Assembly (NCBI GenBank): GCA_049852185.1
Contig: CP187540.1
Length of the DNA: 64,000 nt
Reading direction: 5' to 3' (one strand)
Source of the DNA: Methanocaldococcus sp. 28A
GTDB lineage: Archaea > AGJL01 > Methanococci > Methanococcales > Methanocaldococcaceae
Below are positions 25,343-34,108 of this stretch, in pieces. The translations under genes and the position numbers were made by a program. The notes beneath the pieces were generated by a model that had not been told where the DNA came from, searched no databases, and was given only the letters and a program-made list of their open reading frames with translations. The first letter of the stretch is position 1. Each line of letters opens with the position of its first letter.

Positions 25343-25855
25343 TTGGAGGTGTGTCTTATGAACGATAAAATAAACCCTCTTCATGCTTATTTTAAACTGC
25401 CAAATACTGTTTCTTTAGTAGCAGGTAGTAGTGAAGGAGAAACTCCACTAAATGCTTTTGATGGTGCTTTGTTAAATGCTGGTATAGGGAATGTTAATTT
25501 AATTAGAATAAGTAGTATAATGCCTCCAGGAGCTGAGATTACACCACTTCCCAAATTACCAATGGGAGCTTTAGTTCCAACAGCTTATGGTTATATTATC
25601 AGTGATGTCCCAGGAGAAACAATAGCAGCAGCAATAAGTATTGCTATTCCAAAAGATAATAGCTTATGTGGTTTAATTATGGAATATGAAGGAAAATGTT
25701 CAAAAAAAGAGGCTGAAAAAACAGTTAGGGAGATGGCAAAAATAGGATTTGAGATGAGAGGCTGGGAGTTAGATAGGATTGAATCAATTGCTACTGAACA
25801 TACAGTAGAAAAACTTGGATGTGCGTTTGCTGCAGCTGCATTGTGGTATAAATAA
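25343..25855 (+). CDS. pdaD: Pyruvoyl-dependent arginine decarboxylase
   Basis: [25 protein letters not shown] self-cleavage site; probable start ATG 25358. Confidence 0.96.
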   Translation: MEVCLMNDKINPLHAYFKLPNTVSLVAGSSEGETPLNAFDGALLNAGIGNVNLIRISSIMPPGAEITPLPKLPMGALVPTAYGYIISDVPGETIAAAISIAIPKDNSLCGLIMEYEGKCSKKEAEKTVREMAKIGFEMRGWELDRIESIATEHTVEKLGCAFAAAALWYK

Positions 25856-26006
25856 GTAAATTAAAATAATTTAAATAGAATCCAAAAATTTAAAACAATA
25901 CTAAAACACTAAAACAATTAAATATAATTAAAATTAATAATTATTTGAAGTGTAAATAATTTAAAGATAATTTAGTTCTCTAATTATTGTTTAATATCCT
26001 TGGGAG

Positions 26007-26387
26007 GTGAAAAACATGTTAGAATATTTAGGAAAGCACTTAATATTAGAGTTATGGGGGTGTGACCCAAAAGCATTAGATGACGTTGAAGGAATAGAGA
26101 AAATGTTAGTAGATAGTGTAAAGGCATGTGGAGCAACTTTAATCTGTGTAAAAACTCACAAGTTTTCTCCTCAAGGAGCTACTGGAGTGGCAGTTTTAGC
26201 AGAAAGTCATATATCAATCCATACCTGGCCCGAACTTGGATATGCGGCTATGGATATATTTACATGTGGAGCTCATGTTGAACCTGCAAAAGCAATACCT
26301 ATTATTAAAGAATTTTTAAAACCAAAGCATATTGAAATTTTAGATTTAAAGAGAGGAATAAGATTAAATGAAGGTGATGTTGAGTGA
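26007..26387 (+). CDS. speH: S-adenosylmethionine decarboxylase proenzyme
   Basis: [32 protein letters not shown]. Confidence 0.95.
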   Translation: MKNMLEYLGKHLILELWGCDPKALDDVEGIEKMLVDSVKACGATLICVKTHKFSPQGATGVAVLAESHISIHTWPELGYAAMDIFTCGAHVEPAKAIPIIKEFLKPKHIEILDLKRGIRLNEGDVE

Positions 26388-27265
26388 ATCACAACAACAA
26401 TTTTAAATGTCATATATGGTTTACGGAGTATCATAGCAACAATATAGCTTTGTCCGTTAGAGTTAAAGATATATTATATATGGATAAATCTGAATTCCAA
26501 GAAATAGAGATTATCGATACCTATGACTTTGGAAAGGTTTTAATCTTAGATAATACTTTTCAAACAACAGAGAGAGATGAATTTATATATCATGAGTTAA
26601 TTGCTCATATACCTCTTTTTACACATCCAAATCCAAAGAATGTTTTAGTTATTGGAGGGGGAGATGGAGGGACTGTTAGAGAGGTAGTTAAGCACAAATC
26701 AGTTGAAACTGTAGATTTTGTTGAGTTAGATAGAAAAGTTATTGAAGCTTGTAAAAAACATATGCCAAAACTAAGCTGTGAAATTGATAATGAAAAGGTT
26801 AATTTGATAATAACAGATGGAATTAGGTATGTTGCTGAAACTGACAAAAAATATGATGTAATTATTGTCGATTGCCCAGACCCTGTTGGACCTGCTAAGG
26901 GGTTATTTGAGAAAGAGTTTTATAAAAATGTATTTAAATGTCTAAAAGATGATGGAATTATGGTCCAGCAGTCAGAAAGCCCATTATACAATTTAGATTT
27001 GATACAAAATATTTGCAGATATTTAAAAGTTGCAGGATTTAAGATAATTATGCCTTATACTTATCCAATGCCAACATATCCAAGTGGATTCTGGAGCTTT
27101 ACATTAGCATCTAAAAAATACAATCCATTAGAAGTTGATGAAGTAAGAATAAAAGAAGCTTTAAAAGATATGGAAACTAAATACTATGATGAAGAAGTTC
27201 ATAAGGGAATATTTTTAGCCTCTCCAAAATTTTTAAAAGATGCGGTAAAAAAAGCTATTGAATAA
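26384..27265 (+). CDS. speE: Polyamine aminopropyltransferase (spermidine synthase)
   Basis: [30 protein letters not shown]. Confidence 0.96.
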   Translation: MNHNNNFKCHIWFTEYHSNNIALSVRVKDILYMDKSEFQEIEIIDTYDFGKVLILDNTFQTTERDEFIYHELIAHIPLFTHPNPKNVLVIGGGDGGTVREVVKHKSVETVDFVELDRKVIEACKKHMPKLSCEIDNEKVNLIITDGIRYVAETDKKYDVIIVDCPDPVGPAKGLFEKEFYKNVFKCLKDDGIMVQQSESPLYNLDLIQNICRYLKVAGFKIIMPYTYPMPTYPSGFWSFTLASKKYNPLEVDEVRIKEALKDMETKYYDEEVHKGIFLASPKFLKDAVKKAIE

Positions 27266-27290
27266 CATTATCTCTTTTAACTTTAATATT

Positions 27291-27383
27291 ATAGGACTTT
27301 TTCAGCTTAATATAAAATATGGATAAATTTGATACCTTTAGGTGTCTATATTCAATAAAAATTTTATTCTGCGAAAGTCCTAT
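27291..27383. mobile_element. MITE-like palindromic element, family 1
   Basis: ataggactttttcag...ctgcgaaagtcctat; central gatacctttaggtgtc. Confidence 0.85.
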
Positions 27384-27402
27384 ATTAATACTGGGTGATT
27401 GA

Positions 27403-28257
27403 ATGAGAGATTATTTTGTTGATTCATCTAAATTTATAATGGCAAATAGCTCATTTGAAGAAGCTGAAGGAGTTATATTTTCAATACCTTATGATGAAAC
27501 TACTTCCTTTAAGCCAGGAACAAGGGAAGGAGGAAATGCTATAAGAATGGCATCGTGGGGTTTGGAAACATATAGTCCTATCTTAAATAGAGATTTGTCA
27601 GAGTTAAGATATTGCGATTTAAAAGATTTAGATTTGTATGGGAACCAAATGGAAATATTTAACACAATACATCACGTCTCAAGAGAAATATTAAAAAAAG
27701 ATAAAAAAATAATTGTTTTTGGTGGAGAGCATTCTATAACTTATCCAATAATTAAAGCTGTAAAAGATATCTATGATGATTTTATTGTCATCCAATTCGA
27801 TGCCCACTGTGATTTAAGAGATGAGTATTTAGGAAATAAATTATCTCATGCATGCGTTATGAGGAGAGTTTATGAATTAACTAAAGATATATTTCAATTT
27901 GGTATTAGAAGTGGAGATAAAGAAGAGTGGGATTTTGCAAAGAAAAACAATCTCTATTTAAAAATGGATTTAATTAATGAGGATGATTTAGAATATATAA
28001 AAAGTTTAGATAAACCAATATACGTAACTATAGATATTGATGTATTAGACCCTTCCTATGCCCCAGGAACTGGTACTCCAGAACCTTGTGGTTTTTCAAC
28101 AAGAGAGCTCTTTAACTCCATATATTTATTAAAAAATGTTAAGGATAGAATTATTGGATTTGATATTGTTGAAGTTTCACCAATTTATGATATTGCTAAT
28201 ATTACAGCAATAACAGCGGCAAAAATAGCGAGAGAGCTTATGTTAATGGTTTTATAG
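27403..28257 (+). CDS. speB: Agmatinase / agmatine ureohydrolase
   Basis: [39 protein letters not shown]. Confidence 0.95.
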   Translation: MRDYFVDSSKFIMANSSFEEAEGVIFSIPYDETTSFKPGTREGGNAIRMASWGLETYSPILNRDLSELRYCDLKDLDLYGNQMEIFNTIHHVSREILKKDKKIIVFGGEHSITYPIIKAVKDIYDDFIVIQFDAHCDLRDEYLGNKLSHACVMRRVYELTKDIFQFGIRSGDKEEWDFAKKNNLYLKMDLINEDDLEYIKSLDKPIYVTIDIDVLDPSYAPGTGTPEPCGFSTRELFNSIYLLKNVKDRIIGFDIVEVSPIYDIANITAITAAKIARELMLMVL

Positions 28258-28475
28258 GGGTCTTCTTAATGTCATTCCTCCATTAAATCGAGGTTGTCAA
28301 AAAATATTAAATAACTAATAATAGACAATACAAAATATGAATCGGGAAGGAAATAAGAAAACAAGAGAGAAAAAGGAAAGTTCCAAGAAGCGGAAGGGTT
28401 ATTGAAAAGCTTATAAGCTTAGATATAATAAATACGACATAATGGAGGATTATGCATTTATTTTACGTATTATAG

Positions 28476-28632
28476 ATAGGACTTCCGTAGTAATAAATAT
28501 TAATAAGGTATAACGGTTTGATTGCACTTTTTATATATATTAATGAAAAAATATTATTTATGAATTCAAACCGTTATTTGATGCCTTTGGCATCATATTT
28601 TCCTTAATTATTATATAAAGTGCGAAAGTCCT
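28476..28632. mobile_element. Family-1 MITE carrying a nested insertion
   Basis: ataggacttccgtag...gtgcgaaagtcct; hairpin gatgcctttggcatc. Confidence 0.8.
28510..28577. mobile_element. 68-bp miniature element (family 3) inserted in the family-1 MITE
   Basis: Perfect 12-bp IR ataacggtttga / tcaaaccgttat around an AT-rich core. Confidence 0.7.
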
Positions 28633-29021
28633 CTCCAACAATAATAAGCAAATTCGGTCGATTTAGAGTAAATTTTATCTATAACAAAGTCATCTATAAC
28701 GACAATATTATAATCAGGAGTGATTAAATCTTTAACGAAATTAAAAAGCTTTTCTTGTGGGAAGATTCCTTCTTCCCAAAGTATTCTATTTATCGTGTCA
28801 TGAGATATGTCGATTCCGAAAATACGCAACGTTTTCGATAACTCTACACACGAATTAATCTCTGAAAGTAATATAAAAAGCATATAAACGATAGTCCTCG
28901 ACATTTTTAGCATATTTTCCCCAAAATAAACTTTTGTTTCGAAAAATTATAATATCTGATAAAAATAGATTATCATAAAATATTATAATAAAATATTTAA
29001 ATATGCTTGCAAAAGTCCTAT
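28633..29021 (-). pseudogene. IS701-like transposase 5' remnant with its upstream terminal repeat
   Basis: SCVELS...ISHDTINRIL...VIDDFVIDKIYSK; upstream end (minus strand) ataggacttttgcaa; truncated exactly at the MITE end. Confidence 0.75.
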
Positions 29022-29170
29022 CATGAAATGTTATAATAAAATATTTAATATAGCTGTTCAAATATTAAAAATATTAACTCTAATATTAATATCTCATGGA
29101 CTTCTTAATTAAATTTTTCGAAAACCTCGGTCTATAGTGTCAAAAAATAAATTAAAAAATAATTTTAGAG

Positions 29171-31360
29171 TTATTCTAATTTAAGTCCTTTTCTCTCTCT
29201 AATCTGCTTAATTAATTGCTCTTGCAACTCTCTTGGAACTCTCTCATATCCTGCAAACTCAATACTCCAGAGACATCTACCCTGTGTAGCTCCTCTAATA
29301 GCCCCTGCAAATCCAAACATCTCTGCAACAGGACACTTAGCTTTAATAATTGCCATATCTCCCTCTTGCTCCATATCTAAGATTTGCCCTCTCCTGTTGC
29401 TAATTTCTCTCATTGCAGCTCCCATGAAGTCCTGAGGTGTGTTAATATAAACAAATTGCATAGGCTCTAACAATACTGGATTTGCTTGCATCATTGCATC
29501 TCTAATACCAAATCTTGCTGCTGGAATCATTTGTGCTGGTCCTCTATGGATTGCATCTTCGTGTAAGACAGCATCCATTAATTTGACTTTAACTCCCTGA
29601 CACTTCTCTGCTGCCAATGGACCATTTCTCATAGCTTCTTTGAATCCTTGGATAATCAATTCTTTGACTTCATCTAAGTGAACAATACCTCTTGTCATAT
29701 TAACAAGAACGTTTCCTTCATAGATACACATGACCCTTTTAGCTTCTTCTGGGTCCATTCCAGCTTTAATTAATTCTTGAACAATCTTATCATCTAATTT
29801 TCTCTTTGTATCAACATCTGGGATTTTTCCTTCTTTATATGCTTGTAAAACCCCCTCTTCTAATGGTTCAACCATGAAGTAGAGCTTGTTGTGCTTGTTT
29901 GGAGATTTACTTTCAATCATTGGTGATTGTCTTGTTACTGTTTCTCTATAGACAACGATTGGTTGCCCTACTTCAACTGGAATTCCTGCATCCCTCTCTA
30001 TTTTTAATTTTGTTATAATTTCAATATGTAACTCTCCCATACCACTTAATAAATGCTCTCCTGTTTCTTCATTAATCTCTACTCTAACTGTTGGGTCTTC
30101 TCTTGCAACTTGTCTTAAAACTTCAATTAACTTTGGTAAATCTTTTGTATTCTTAGCTTCAATAGCAACTGTAATGACTGGCTCACTAATGTGTGTTATT
30201 GCTTCGAATGGCTCAATTATATTATCTGGGGAACAAATTGTTTCTCCTGCTGATGCTTCTTTCAAACCAACCAATGCACAGATATTTCCTGCTGAAATAC
30301 TATCTACTGGAATTCTTTCTGGACCCATGAAGACAGATACTTGCTGAATCTTTGCCTTCTGCTGGTTATTTACCATATAAACTTCGTCTCCTTGCTTAAT
30401 TCTACCACCGAACAATCTGCAGACAGAAACAGCTCCAGCGTGTTTATCTACAATAATTTTGGTAATGACTCCTGCTAATGGTCCGTTAGGATCACAGTTA
30501 AGCATAGCTTTTCCAGCTTCTGATTCCAAATCTCCTTTCCACAAGTGTGGTATTCTGTATTTCTGAGCTTCTGGAGGGCTTGGTAAGTGCTTAATGACCA
30601 TATCCAAAACAACTTCGTGTAATGGAGCTTTCTCAGCTAATTCATCTTGTTTATCCTCTTCACAATACTTTATAATATCTTTAAATGTAATTCCACTCTT
30701 CTTCATGAATGGTACTGAAATTGCCCAGTTGTTGTAAGCTGAACCAAACGCAACACTTCCATCCTCAACTTTAACTAACCACTTGTCTTTAAATTCTTCT
30801 GGAGCCATCTTTCTAATTAAGTTGTTAATATCATTAATAATCTTGATAAATCTGCTTTGTAACTCTTCAGGTGTTAATTTTAACTCATTGATTAATCTAT
30901 CTACCTTGTTGATGAAAAGAACAGGCTTAACTCTCTCTTTTAATGCCTGTCTTAGGACAGTTTCTGTTTGAGGCATAACTCCTTCAACTGCACATACTAC
31001 AACTATAGCTCCATCAATAGCTCTCATAGCTCTTGTAACGTCCCCTCCAAAGTCAACGTGTCCAGGAGTGTCTATTAGGTTAATTAAATACTCTTTTCCT
31101 TCATAGGTGTGGACCATTGAAACATTTGCAGCGAAGATTGTAATTCCTCTTTGAGCTTCCTCTTCATCAAAGTCCAAAGCTAACTGCTCTCCAGCTAATT
31201 CTTTTGAAATCATTCCTGCTCCAGCCAATAAGTTATCTGATAATGTTGTTTTTCCATGGTCAATGTGAGCACAGATTCCAATATTTCTTATTCTATCATA
31301 CTTTTCCATTAACTCTTTAATTTTAGCAATCATTTTTGCTCTTTTTCCCATATTACTCAC
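29171..31360 (-). CDS. fusA: Translation elongation factor aEF-2
   Basis: [21 protein letters not shown], diphthamide loop LHEDAIHRG. Confidence 0.98.
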   Translation of the reverse strand: MSNMGKRAKMIAKIKELMEKYDRIRNIGICAHIDHGKTTLSDNLLAGAGMISKELAGEQLALDFDEEEAQRGITIFAANVSMVHTYEGKEYLINLIDTPGHVDFGGDVTRAMRAIDGAIVVVCAVEGVMPQTETVLRQALKERVKPVLFINKVDRLINELKLTPEELQSRFIKIINDINNLIRKMAPEEFKDKWLVKVEDGSVAFGSAYNNWAISVPFMKKSGITFKDIIKYCEEDKQDELAEKAPLHEVVLDMVIKHLPSPPEAQKYRIPHLWKGDLESEAGKAMLNCDPNGPLAGVITKIIVDKHAGAVSVCRLFGGRIKQGDEVYMVNNQQKAKIQQVSVFMGPERIPVDSISAGNICALVGLKEASAGETICSPDNIIEPFEAITHISEPVITVAIEAKNTKDLPKLIEVLRQVAREDPTVRVEINEETGEHLLSGMGELHIEIITKLKIERDAGIPVEVGQPIVVYRETVTRQSPMIESKSPNKHNKLYFMVEPLEEGVLQAYKEGKIPDVDTKRKLDDKIVQELIKAGMDPEEAKRVMCIYEGNVLVNMTRGIVHLDEVKELIIQGFKEAMRNGPLAAEKCQGVKVKLMDAVLHEDAIHRGPAQMIPAARFGIRDAMMQANPVLLEPMQFVYINTPQDFMGAAMREISNRRGQILDMEQEGDMAIIKAKCPVAEMFGFAGAIRGATQGRCLWSIEFAGYERVPRELQEQLIKQIRERKGLKLE

Positions 31361-31460
31361 CTTCTACATAATGTTGTTCATATTATGTGCATATTTTATC
31401 AATAAATATTTTAAATATTAATGTCATGTATAAAAATAGAGATATGTGAGTATAAAAAGT

Positions 31461-31555
31461 TTAGGACTTTCGCAGGATTGAATTTTTTATTGAACAATGG
31501 ATACCTATAAGGTGTCCAAATTCCAAATTAATATATAAAGTTGCGAAAGTCCTAA
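31461..31555. mobile_element. MITE-like palindromic element, family 1
   Basis: ttaggactttcgca...tgcgaaagtcctaa perfect IR; central ggatacctataaggtgtcc. Confidence 0.9.
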
Positions 31556-31558
31556 AGG

Positions 31559-32134
31559 TTATCTTGCTGACTGAGCTACTCTTTCTGTCTCTTCTTTCTT
31601 TCTGACAGCATAGCTTCTCTGCATATCTCCTCTTGCAGCTGCAATAATCTCTTCAGCTAATGCCTCTTCAATTGGCTTTTTACTCTTGTGAGCAGCCATG
31701 TATGCTCCAATAGCAATGTTTCTTAAAGCAACATCAATTCTTCTCAATGATGAACAATCAACTGATTGTAAATAGACAATACCTCCATAGGATATTCTTG
31801 TTGTATCTTCTCTTGGTCCAGCGTTTTCAATTGCATCCACTAAAACCTGAATTGGATTTTGTTTAGTTCTTTTTTCAATAATTTCAAAAGCGTTTTCAAC
31901 TATTTTTAATGCCTTTAATTTTTTACCTGTGTTTTCTTCTCTTCTCATAACTTTGTTTACTAATCTCTCAACAATGTTCATTTTTGCTTTTTCAAATTGT
32001 CTCTTTGTGTATCTTCCTGCTGTATGTGGAACATAAATTGGTGTTAAGTTTATATAGTTTCTTAAACCCGGGTCTTTAACAACAACATCCTTTGTACTCC
32101 ATCTTCCAAATATCTTAATTTCATCGAGTTCCAA
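31559..32134 (-). CDS. rps7: 30S ribosomal protein S7
   Basis: [36 protein letters not shown]. Confidence 0.97.
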   Translation of the reverse strand: MELDEIKIFGRWSTKDVVVKDPGLRNYINLTPIYVPHTAGRYTKRQFEKAKMNIVERLVNKVMRREENTGKKLKALKIVENAFEIIEKRTKQNPIQVLVDAIENAGPREDTTRISYGGIVYLQSVDCSSLRRIDVALRNIAIGAYMAAHKSKKPIEEALAEEIIAAARGDMQRSYAVRKKEETERVAQSAR

Positions 32135-32199
32135 ATTACCACCTCATTCTTAACTCTTTTAAAATTTCAAAAATTTTAATAAATATTGATATGGGTAAT

Positions 32200-32655
32200 T
32201 TATCTTTTGATTTTCTCCTGTCTACCTCTAACTAATTCTCTTAATGAGTTTCTACCAACCATTATAACTTTATACTTAACTCCTGGAATGTCTCCCTTAG
32301 CTCTTGGACCTTTAGGCCCTCCAATACCTTCAATAATAACTTCATCGTGCTCATCAATGAAGTTTATAGCGTGGTTTCCTGGACAGAAAGCTGTAACTAC
32401 TCTACCGTTTTTAATTAACTGAACTCTAACACACTTTCTGATAGCTGAGTTTGGCTGTTTTGCCTCTAAACCTACTTTTTCAATAACTATACCTCTTGCC
32501 ATAGGAGCTCCTTCTAATGGGTCATACTTCTCTTTTAATTTCAAAACTCTTCTAACATAGTTGTAATCGTGCCATCTACACCATTTTCTTTTTAACCTTA
32601 ACTTTCTTCCAGCAAATTCTCCTCTTGGTGATTTACTTCCACTCATAATCTTCAC
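32200..32655 (-). CDS. rps12: 30S ribosomal protein S12
   Basis: [23 protein letters not shown]. Confidence 0.98.
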   Translation of the reverse strand: MKIMSGSKSPRGEFAGRKLRLKRKWCRWHDYNYVRRVLKLKEKYDPLEGAPMARGIVIEKVGLEAKQPNSAIRKCVRVQLIKNGRVVTAFCPGNHAINFIDEHDEVIIEGIGGPKGPRAKGDIPGVKYKVIMVGRNSLRELVRGRQEKIKR

Positions 32656-32742
32656 CTTCTATATTCTTAATTATTATTATGAGTTAGGATTAATTTGCAT
32701 TAATTGCCATAATAATTTCAAACAGCATATACATAAATATTT

Positions 32743-33294
32743 TTACTCATTAGTGGTTTCTTTTACATCTTCCTGAGCAACTTTTGATTTATTTTTAGCT
32801 TGGTCTTGTTTCTGTTCTTTAGTTACTGGCATTCTCCTACTTTTTTTTCTTTTAAATTTTTGATTTTCTACAATAACTTTTATTTTTGTAATTTTTGTGT
32901 GTCTTTTTAAAATCTCTAAAGCTCTTTCTAAGTTTTTACCTTTTTCCCCAAAAACCGCGCTTCTGACTTTTGGATTTATTTTGATAAAAGCAACCACATC
33001 TTTTCCAACTCTCTTAACCCATACATCCTCTAACTGTATTGGTGCGAATATATTCCTTATAAACTTTCTCCAATCGTTTGAGTATTCAATAATATCAACT
33101 TTCTTTCCAAATTTCTCTTCTGCTGTTTTAACATTCTCTCCTCCTTTCCCAATTGCCGCTCCAATATCACCCTCCTTTACAATAAAAGCAACTCTTTCAT
33201 CATTTAATACACAGTCGATTATGGGAACATTAGCAATTTTTTCAAAAAATCCAATTTTCATAATTTCTTCTGTTGTTAATCTTACCTTAGCCAT
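32743..33294 (-). CDS. nusA: Archaeal NusA (KH domains) with a charged C-terminal tail
   Basis: GAAIGKGGENVK, DIIEYS; operon position. Confidence 0.93.
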   Translation of the reverse strand: MAKVRLTTEEIMKIGFFEKIANVPIIDCVLNDERVAFIVKEGDIGAAIGKGGENVKTAEEKFGKKVDIIEYSNDWRKFIRNIFAPIQLEDVWVKRVGKDVVAFIKINPKVRSAVFGEKGKNLERALEILKRHTKITKIKVIVENQKFKRKKSRRMPVTKEQKQDQAKNKSKVAQEDVKETTNE

Positions 33295-33626
33295 TATTCA
33301 CCACCTTCCTTCTTCTCTACAAGCTCCATAATGTTTGAAAGCCCTTCATCTAAAATCAAAAGAGCAGCAACTGGGAAAGGTTTCCCACAAACCGCTCCCA
33401 GTTCCAATGATGTAATTTTGTGTTGGTAAACTGGGATGTTTGATAATTTAGCGTAGTACTTAACATCTTCTTCTAAATCCTTTGGAATGTTTCCTGCCAT
33501 TACTACCAACTTACCTTCTCCGTGTTTAACGAATTTTATTGTTCTTTTTGAACCTAAAATTACTTTACCTGTATCTACTGCAGTCCTAATAGCTTTATTC
33601 ACATCCATATTTTCCCTCCTTCTCAT
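33294..33626 (-). CDS. rpl30e: 50S ribosomal protein L30e
   Basis: [19 protein letters not shown]. Confidence 0.97.
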   Translation of the reverse strand: MRRRENMDVNKAIRTAVDTGKVILGSKRTIKFVKHGEGKLVVMAGNIPKDLEEDVKYYAKLSNIPVYQHKITSLELGAVCGKPFPVAALLILDEGLSNIMELVEKKEGGE

Positions 33627-33647
33627 TTTTTACTCCGGAGGGATTTC

Positions 33648-33746
33648 TTAGGACTTTCGCAGGTAGATATATTTTAACCTCAAAACTTAAATCTTTAGAA
33701 GTTGTCAATATTTGTTATAAGACATTTACTCCTGCGAAAGTCCTAA
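33648..33746. mobile_element. MITE-like element with family-1 ends and a divergent core
   Basis: ttaggactttcgcagg...cctgcgaaagtcctaa, 16-bp perfect IR. Confidence 0.85.
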
Positions 33747-33865
33747 CTCCCTACCGGTAAGAATATTGGTTTTCGATAATAGTTTTTCTATATTTATATA
33801 CTTTTTGGATATAACAAAATATTAAAAAATTAAATCAATTTTTGTTTTTGTTTAAATTTTTTAAT

Positions 33866-33920
33866 GGTCAGAGAAGGGCGCGCTCATCATTATTTCAGTA
33901 CATCGATGTATCATCATCCC
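33866..33920 (-). ncRNA. Box C/D 2'-O-methylation guide sRNA
   Basis: Minus strand gggATGATGAtacatcgatgtaCTGAaataATGATGAgcgcgcccttctCTGAcc: C, D', C' and D boxes with 12-nt guides, both complementary to the 23S rRNA in this window. Confidence 0.92.
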
Positions 33921-33954
33921 TAATATAAAATAGTAGTTGTTATAGTAGTTAGTT

Positions 33955-34066
33955 ATACTTGTTTGCAAAACTATCTTAAATAAAATAAGGTATTAATGAA
34001 TGCCTTCCTTATGGAAGGCATTCAAATCGTCCTTATAAAAGTTTATTTTATTTTGCACACAACTAT
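33955..34066. repeat. Palindromic repeat, family 2
   Basis: Ends atacttgtttgcaaaa / ttttgcacacaactat; central hairpin gaatgccttcc-ttat-ggaaggcattc. Confidence 0.75.
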
Positions 34067-34108
34067 ATTTATGATGTTAATGTAAAAGTGAATTTTGATA
34101 TAAAAACT

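Larger units (their letters stand above)
28289..29129. mobile_element. Composite decayed IS region bounded by an imperfect IR
   Basis: cgaggttgtcaaaaaat (28289) versus atttttcgaaaacctcg (ends 29129), 15/17 inverted match; encloses nested elements. Confidence 0.5.

Noticed and set aside
28855-29061. 68-aa ORF with a repeated KYFII motif
   Set aside because: Produced by a tandem DNA duplication at an IS end; no evidence that it is coding
33998-34023. Possible NrpR operator
   Set aside because: The arrangement is TTCC-N4-GGAA inside a repeat hairpin, not GGAA-N6-TTCC; I noticed no convincing operator upstream of nrpR either
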